Shown here: positions 22,810 to 27,903 of the stretch, piece by piece
Layout: each line of letters opens with the position of its first letter
Numbering within the stretch: the first letter of the stretch is position 1
Virus record (IMG/VR): IMGVR_UViG_3300009158_003015
Location: 1-27,903 of that record
Source of the DNA: a virus
Taxonomy: Duplodnaviria > Caudoviricetes
Length of the DNA: 27,903 nt
Strand: one strand, 5' to 3'
Translations under genes and position numbers: made by a program
Notes under the pieces: model-generated
What the model was told of the DNA's origin: nothing
Seen by the model: the letters and a program-made list of their open reading frames with translations, nothing else
The model's database searches: none

Positions 22810-23155
22810 TTGAATAGAATATTTGTTTGAAAGCCACGTCTTTTAATAGTTTTTGACAATACTTGCAAGGCTTACCCATAGCTACTTTCTCGTTTCTGTC
22901 AATACGAAACGTAACTAAAGTGTGTTTGGTGTGGTCAATTTTGCCAGATTTAATTACCGCACAAGCTTCTGCGTGAAGCCCGCTCCCATCGAAGTATCCG
23001 TACTTTTGATTAATCGGGTGAGATTTCTTGGAGTTTTTGCCAATTGACACGATCTTATTTTTATTTAAAATGAAAGCGAAATGCCTGCACCGCAATTCTA
23101 TGTTGTTGTAAATGATAAGGTTTCTGGCAAATTGGACGAGCCTTTCGAACTTCAT
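22778..23155 (-). CDS. Zinc-dependent CMP/dCMP-deaminase-family protein
   Basis: HAE..KPCKYC zinc motif, RHFAFI..SIGKN; start set to MKFERL (23155). Confidence 0.8.
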   Translation of the reverse strand: MKFERLVQFARNLIIYNNIELRCRHFAFILNKNKIVSIGKNSKKSHPINQKYGYFDGSGLHAEACAVIKSGKIDHTKHTLVTFRIDRNEKVAMGKPCKYCQKLLKDVAFKQIFYSNEKGEFERSK

Positions 23156-23163
23156 CCCTAATG

Positions 23164-23190
23164 ATTGTAGGTTTTTAACATTCGTGTCAA
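23164..23190 (-). promoter_or_regulatory. sigma70-like promoter
   Basis: TTGACA-15nt-TACAAT, then 8 nt to ATG 23155. Confidence 0.55.
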
Positions 23191-23666
23191 TACTTTTTAA
23201 AGCCCAAAGTGACAAAAAGCTCATTTTCGTTCAATATTTCGCTAAAACCGTAGAATTTTGAGAAATTTAAATACTTTTCAAAGTTTTTTCTTCGTTTGAG
23301 AGCTTTAATAAAAATACATTTAAATTTCAAGGACAAAATAAGTTTTTTAAATTCATTGTGCATTTCGTGCCCCGCGATAACGTTAGGGTCCATAAGAACT
23401 AAAATTTCTGCGGAAATATTGGTTTCAGGGCGTATTATAATGGCACCAAAAACTTTATCTTGGCTGTCCACGTAAACAAAAGAATATTTAATGTTTTCTA
23501 AAATCAGAGTTCGGTTCTCCTGCAAAAACAAAGAAAGTGATTCGGTTTCGCTGATCCGAAAAGAAGATTGCGTTTTAACCGCGATCTTTAATGTTTCAAT
23601 AACATGACTTTGCCGCATTTCAACAATAGAAAAGCTGTTAATTTTTATTTTATTTTTGCCTACCAT
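23187..23666 (-). CDS. Possible GNAT-fold protein
   Basis: SFVYVDSQDKVFGAII..YLNFSKFYGF resembles GNAT strands; divergent from the tail operon. Confidence 0.4.
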   Translation of the reverse strand: MVGKNKIKINSFSIVEMRQSHVIETLKIAVKTQSSFRISETESLSLFLQENRTLILENIKYSFVYVDSQDKVFGAIIIRPETNISAEILVLMDPNVIAGHEMHNEFKKLILSLKFKCIFIKALKRRKNFEKYLNFSKFYGFSEILNENELFVTLGFKKY

Positions 23667-23670
23667 ATGT

Positions 23671-23676
23671 GTGTAA
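23671..23676 (+). promoter_or_regulatory. GTGTAA candidate late-promoter motif
   Basis: GTGTAATATAAT at the head of the tail operon, 22 nt before ATG 23699. Confidence 0.45.
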
Positions 23677-23698
23677 TATAATTAAGGGGTAAAAGGAA

Positions 23699-25207
23699 AT
23701 GTCAAGGACTTCTAATCAAAAAATTAATGCGGAGCTTTTCTCGCTGGAACCAACAGCTTTGTTGGAGTTCTTCGTTATTTGCTATGACTATGTTAATACT
23801 CCTGACGACAAATTATACATTCATGGTGGCACAAAGGGCATAAATGGTCCCGTTTATTGGCAAGGAATAGAGTATTTGCCTTTCCCTATTCAAAGCTCTG
23901 GGTTTGAAAGCAAAGGTGACGGTTCCCTGCCTAGACCTAAGTTAATGGTTTCTAACCAAGACTTTTTCGTTTCTAATTTGATTAGGCGTTACAATAATTT
24001 AGTTGGAGCGAAAGTTATAAGAAAAAGAACGTTCGTTAAGTTCTTAGACAATCAAAATTTTTCTGACAATAAAAACCCTTACGGATCTGCTGACGCTACC
24101 GCTGGATTAGAAGATCAAGTATTTTATATTCTTAGAAGGTCCGCTGAAAATCGCGCAGTTGTTGAATTTGAATTGTCTTCTCCATTAGAAATTGAAGACG
24201 TAACGTTTCCCAAAAGGTCTGTTATTGCAAGATATTGCGGCTTTCATTACCGTGGCAATGGTTGCAAATACGCGGGCAATCCAGTTGCCGACGAAAACGA
24301 TACGCAGTTAGGGAAAGCTGTCGATTTCAAAGCTGGTCTTATTAGAAGATATTATACTGGTGCTGGAGGAGCTACTCCTAGCGTATCTACATTCACAAGT
24401 ATTGTCGCGGCTGCAGCTTTTAATAGCGAATCAGTACAAACAACAACAGCAATCGAAAGCGGCGCAAACAGTACCGCAACAGAGTTCATTGGATATTTCA
24501 AAGTCAATAACGACGAAGCTGGAACTTATCAATTTGGAGTTGATCCAGACGACTCTGCTGAATTATGGATAAATGGGACATTGATTGCATTTGATTATGG
24601 ACCAGGAGCGCAGAACGGTTCCGCTCCCAAAGGAACACCTGGTACAATAAATTTATCTGCTGGTTATCATAGAATTTTCGTAAGACATTACGATCAGACG
24701 GGTGCTGAAGGCTTAACCCTTTATTACAAAGTTCCATCTACTTCAACTCCAACTTGGGCGAGCATTCCAACATCAAGATACTATTACGACGCTTCGGAAC
24801 TGAACGCTTTAACGTCTGCTCAAAAATTTTTCACCACCTCTCCGTTAAATATCACTATTGCTTTAGAGAATAGCTCTTTTGTAAACGTTTTAAAGAGGGG
24901 TCTCTGGAAAGCTAATGCTGGAGTTTATAAGGTTGGAGAGTTCGTTTATATCGAGAACAGCAACGTTAAAGTTGCTAAAAGAGATATCAATGCTATTCCT
25001 AATTGGACTCCTCTTCAAAGATTTTACCTTTGCGTTAAAATGCACACAGCGAGCGGTTCAAAAAACCCTTCTTTTAATAAAGAATATTGGGTTTCCGATC
25101 AATGTTCAAAAACTCTTAACGGGTGCAAGTTAAGATTTGGAGCTGGTGATTATTTGCCTTTTGGCGGATTCCCTGGTGTAGAGGAGTACTCAGTTTCTTC
25201 ACAATAA
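23699..25207 (+). CDS. Lambda gpL-like minor tail (tail tip) protein with inserted PA14 domain
   Basis: WQGIEYLPFPIQSSGFE..LPRPKL..GAKVIRKRTF..VEFELSSPLE; Cys motifs CGFHYRGNGC and CSKTLNGCKLRF..LPFGGFPG; PA14-like EFIGYF..YQFGVDPDDSAELWING..LSAGYHRI in between. Confidence 0.88.
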   Translation: MSRTSNQKINAELFSLEPTALLEFFVICYDYVNTPDDKLYIHGGTKGINGPVYWQGIEYLPFPIQSSGFESKGDGSLPRPKLMVSNQDFFVSNLIRRYNNLVGAKVIRKRTFVKFLDNQNFSDNKNPYGSADATAGLEDQVFYILRRSAENRAVVEFELSSPLEIEDVTFPKRSVIARYCGFHYRGNGCKYAGNPVADENDTQLGKAVDFKAGLIRRYYTGAGGATPSVSTFTSIVAAAAFNSESVQTTTAIESGANSTATEFIGYFKVNNDEAGTYQFGVDPDDSAELWINGTLIAFDYGPGAQNGSAPKGTPGTINLSAGYHRIFVRHYDQTGAEGLTLYYKVPSTSTPTWASIPTSRYYYDASELNALTSAQKFFTTSPLNITIALENSSFVNVLKRGLWKANAGVYKVGEFVYIENSNVKVAKRDINAIPNWTPLQRFYLCVKMHTASGSKNPSFNKEYWVSDQCSKTLNGCKLRFGAGDYLPFGGFPGVEEYSVSSQ

Positions 25208-25569
25208 TGCAATCAATAATTGAACACGCTAACGGTTCCGAATTAGAAGTTTGTGGGTTTGTTTTCGTAGAAAACGGAGATTTGAAAACAGAAGCTGCGA
25301 AAAACATAGCAGTTTACGCGAATGATATATTCGAAATTCATCCCTTAGAAATTTTACGTCAGATTAGAAGCGGCAAACTTGCTGCAATTTATCATACTCA
25401 CCCAACTTCAACAGAACAAGAATCCACTTTTGATCGATTTAACTGTGAGAATTCTTGCATTCCTTACGTTATTTACAGCAAAGAAACTAAAAATTTTAAT
25501 TTGTTGATCCCTAAGAAGCCGCATGTAAAACAAGATTACATTGATATATTAAAGAAAAAATATGACTAA
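25207..25569 (+). CDS. Tail assembly protein K-like JAB/MPN metalloprotease (no NlpC/P60 domain)
   Basis: EVCGFV..YHTHPTSTEQESTFD = E..HxH-x7-S-x2-D; located between gpL and gpI. Confidence 0.85.
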   Translation: MQSIIEHANGSELEVCGFVFVENGDLKTEAAKNIAVYANDIFEIHPLEILRQIRSGKLAAIYHTHPTSTEQESTFDRFNCENSCIPYVIYSKETKNFNLLIPKKPHVKQDYIDILKKKYD

Positions 25570-27903
25570 TGTATATTTATACGGAGAGTTGAGAAACAAA
25601 TTTGGCGAAGAGTTTAAATTTAATATAAATTCTGCAAAGGAAGCTTTGCTCGCAATCAATGCTAACAAAAGGGGCTTTTTAGACGAAATAAAAAAATTAG
25701 AAATGAAAGGCATTCATTACCGAATGGTAATTGATGACTGTGTTGTTCAACACCCCAAAGAGGCGGAAGTTCAAAAAACTCCAAATGAAATTCATATAGT
25801 TCCTATCGTTTGGGGAGCGGGTAAAAATGGTATGGCGATAGGAATGATTGTAGTGGGATTGGCGTTAGTGGCTATGACAGGAGGGTTAGGAAGCGGATTA
25901 GCGCTTGGGTATTTTTCCACCGCTGCTGCTGGCAGCACTGCGGCTGCGTTAGGAACAACATTAGGAATGATTGGCGCATCTATAGCTGTTCAAGGAGTAA
26001 TGTCTTTATTAACGCCTAAACCAAAAGCAGACTTTAATCAAGAAGTGCAAGCTGGCGGCAAATCTTATCTATTCGGAAACAAGCCAGCGAACGCTTCTCA
26101 AGGCCAAGCAGTTCCAGTTGGGTACGGCAGACTAAAGATTGGAAGCTCGCAAATAAGCGCCAGCACAAATCACCACGCTTTAGCAACTGATATTAAACAG
26201 TTAATGACTCCTGTGGACAAACCGATCAACGAATACATTGAATTGGTTTCTGAAGATGAAGCTTCGCCAGCCGGATCAGTAGAAGACATGTTCAGCAGCA
26301 ATCAAGCTGTTGACATGGACGACACTACTACATTTTACACTGTTAATGTACTCAACTCTTACATTGATATCGTTACGAACAGCGCAAATAAAGTTTTTTC
26401 AAATCCCGTTGAAGTTGTTGTTACTAAAAATCGCGACATAGTTTCTAATCCAGACTTAACAACTTATGACGAAAACATAACTTATGAGTGGGAAGAGTTA
26501 ACTAATGACAGTTCAAAAGGACAAGTTTATATTGAAAATCCATACGCGCTAAAGTCTGGATTACTTGCTCGCTCTTATCACGCTCCAGATTGGAGATCTC
26601 AATCTGAATTGGGAAATTTAAAAAGCAACAATCCAGCGTATTTTCAAAAATATTCACAAAATGATTTGGTAAAATTTGGCCCATCTCAATTTGAGAAATT
26701 AAATTTCGCAACTTGGGATAGTGGTTATAATTATTTTAGTGGGGAACTGGTAGATTATCCAACGGGCAATGAAACTAAAACATATTTCCAAGCTAAAGTA
26801 TTTCCCGGAGCAACAAATACAGGATTTTCCGGCTTAACTCCAACAGGCGTTGGAGACTCGATAAGAAGCGATTATTGGAGAAAAATATTACCTCCAAATT
26901 TTGAATATTTATACAAATGCTTGCTTGCGGGTGGCATTTCTGGACATTTGCCAACAACGGGAGCAAAGGACGCGAACGGAGGACCGCTTGCGGAGTCAAA
27001 TATTTGGGCCAGAATAGAGAGCCCCACCACTTCTGGGGAAATGGAATTGTTATTTACTGGAGGGTTCCCTGCATATCAAGATGAAAATCAATACTCAGGC
27101 GTGTTAGATGTTGTTCGCCTCAACGAGCAAACTTTAAATGGCGTTAGTGCGAATGTAGACAACTACGGAATGGAATTTGTAGGATACTTTTACGTACCCA
27201 CCTTAACGAAAAATTTGTATGAAATCGGCACAGCAACAGGTTTGTACGAAATTATAAAAATTGGAAATACAGGTCAATGGAGCGGTGTTGGTTTTACTGG
27301 TCTTAGCGGAGTGGCTTTAACGCCTAGAATTGGGTCAACATTTTATAAAAACGCCACTCAAGCGTCGGAGGACGGTAAAGTTATGCAAGTTCAAGCCTAT
27401 CAATTTAAACTTGATTCTGACGATGCTTCTGATTTGTATATAGATTCTACTTTAGCTAGTAGTTACTACAGCGGACATGGAATGTTCTCTGGGTTTGCAG
27501 ATCCATTCAATCCCACCCAACAGCAAATACAAAATCTCAACTCTTCCACTACGACTCTTTATCTAACAGCTGGTTATCACAGATTGTATGCTAGGTATCA
27601 AGATTTAAGAGGTGGGGATGGTATAACTATTTATTACAGGTACGATACAAATAGAGACGATGTGTTTTCTGAGTGGGCAACAGTTCCAAAAGGAAGATTT
27701 TTTTACGCTGCTTCTGATATGTTAGTCCCTAAAAATCAAAAATTTGCGGACGTTGGCAAGAGAATAATTCCCCGAGCTAACATGGTTCTTAATGAAGAGT
27801 ATAAAATATTTGCTGATGGCGGCACAAATTGGACATCAATTGGCGCAGCCCCATCCGAAAGTAACGGAACCGTCGCAGCGGGCAAAACTCTTTTTGTTAA
27901 AAC
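25562..27903 (+). CDS. Extended lambda gpI-like tail assembly protein with PA14 and CBM-like inserts (runs off window)
   Basis: Not in the ORF track; translated by hand: MTNVYLYGELRNKFG..IHIVPIVWGAG..hydrophobic Gly-rich segment..SYLFG..QGQAVPVGYGRLKIGS..; open for >=780 codons, with EFVGYFY..FKLDSDDASDLYID..AGYHRLYARY. Confidence 0.85.
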   Translation, partial: MTNVYLYGELRNKFGEEFKFNINSAKEALLAINANKRGFLDEIKKLEMKGIHYRMVIDDCVVQHPKEAEVQKTPNEIHIVPIVWGAGKNGMAIGMIVVGLALVAMTGGLGSGLALGYFSTAAAGSTAAALGTTLGMIGASIAVQGVMSLLTPKPKADFNQEVQAGGKSYLFGNKPANASQGQAVPVGYGRLKIGSSQISASTNHHALATDIKQLMTPVDKPINEYIELVSEDEASPAGSVEDMFSSNQAVDMDDTTTFYTVNVLNSYIDIVTNSANKVFSNPVEVVVTKNRDIVSNPDLTTYDENITYEWEELTNDSSKGQVYIENPYALKSGLLARSYHAPDWRSQSELGNLKSNNPAYFQKYSQNDLVKFGPSQFEKLNFATWDSGYNYFSGELVDYPTGNETKTYFQAKVFPGATNTGFSGLTPTGVGDSIRSDYWRKILPPNFEYLYKCLLAGGISGHLPTTGAKDANGGPLAESNIWARIESPTTSGEMELLFTGGFPAYQDENQYSGVLDVVRLNEQTLNGVSANVDNYGMEFVGYFYVPTLTKNLYEIGTATGLYEIIKIGNTGQWSGVGFTGLSGVALTPRIGSTFYKNATQASEDGKVMQVQAYQFKLDSDDASDLYIDSTLASSYYSGHGMFSGFADPFNPTQQQIQNLNSSTTTLYLTAGYHRLYARYQDLRGGDGITIYYRYDTNRDDVFSEWATVPKGRFFYAASDMLVPKNQKFADVGKRIIPRANMVLNEEYKIFADGGTNWTSIGAAPSESNGTVAAGKTLFVK

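Noticed and set aside
24360-26999. Short ORFs within the gpL, gpK and gpI region
   Set aside because: Nested in or antisense to long tail genes, with no independent support.

Overview
Segment of a large, AT-rich tailed (Caudoviricetes) bacteriophage genome. Positions 1-23.7 kb are an almost entirely minus-strand early/middle accessory region. It holds a RuvB-like ATPase (cut by the window edge), an AT-hook protein, a lipoprotein with a C-terminal TM helix and many small hypothetical ORFs. It also holds a GC-rich, translationally coupled block of modular coiled-coil ORFs (~4.8-6.7 kb). Four CCA-ending tRNA genes, all with U34 anticodons (Leu-UAA, Ile-UAU, Arg-UCU, Thr-UGU), are interleaved with HNH/EndoVII nucleases and two unexplained ~100-116 nt stem-closed structured elements. 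Further along are rIIA/rIIB, the UV endonuclease UvsE, an HNH-AP2 endonuclease, a T4 beta-glucosyltransferase-like enzyme and a Zn deaminase. From 23.7 kb a plus-strand lambda-like tail-tip module (gpL, JAB-only gpK, greatly extended gpI) begins, with PA14 and carbohydrate-binding-like domains inserted into the structural proteins. Two promoter classes are visible: sigma70-like TTGAC(A/G)-15/17-TAnnnT sites, often 6-9 nt before an ATG (probably leaderless), and a GTGTAA motif before putative late genes. All product calls come from motif recognition by eye; no database searches were run.
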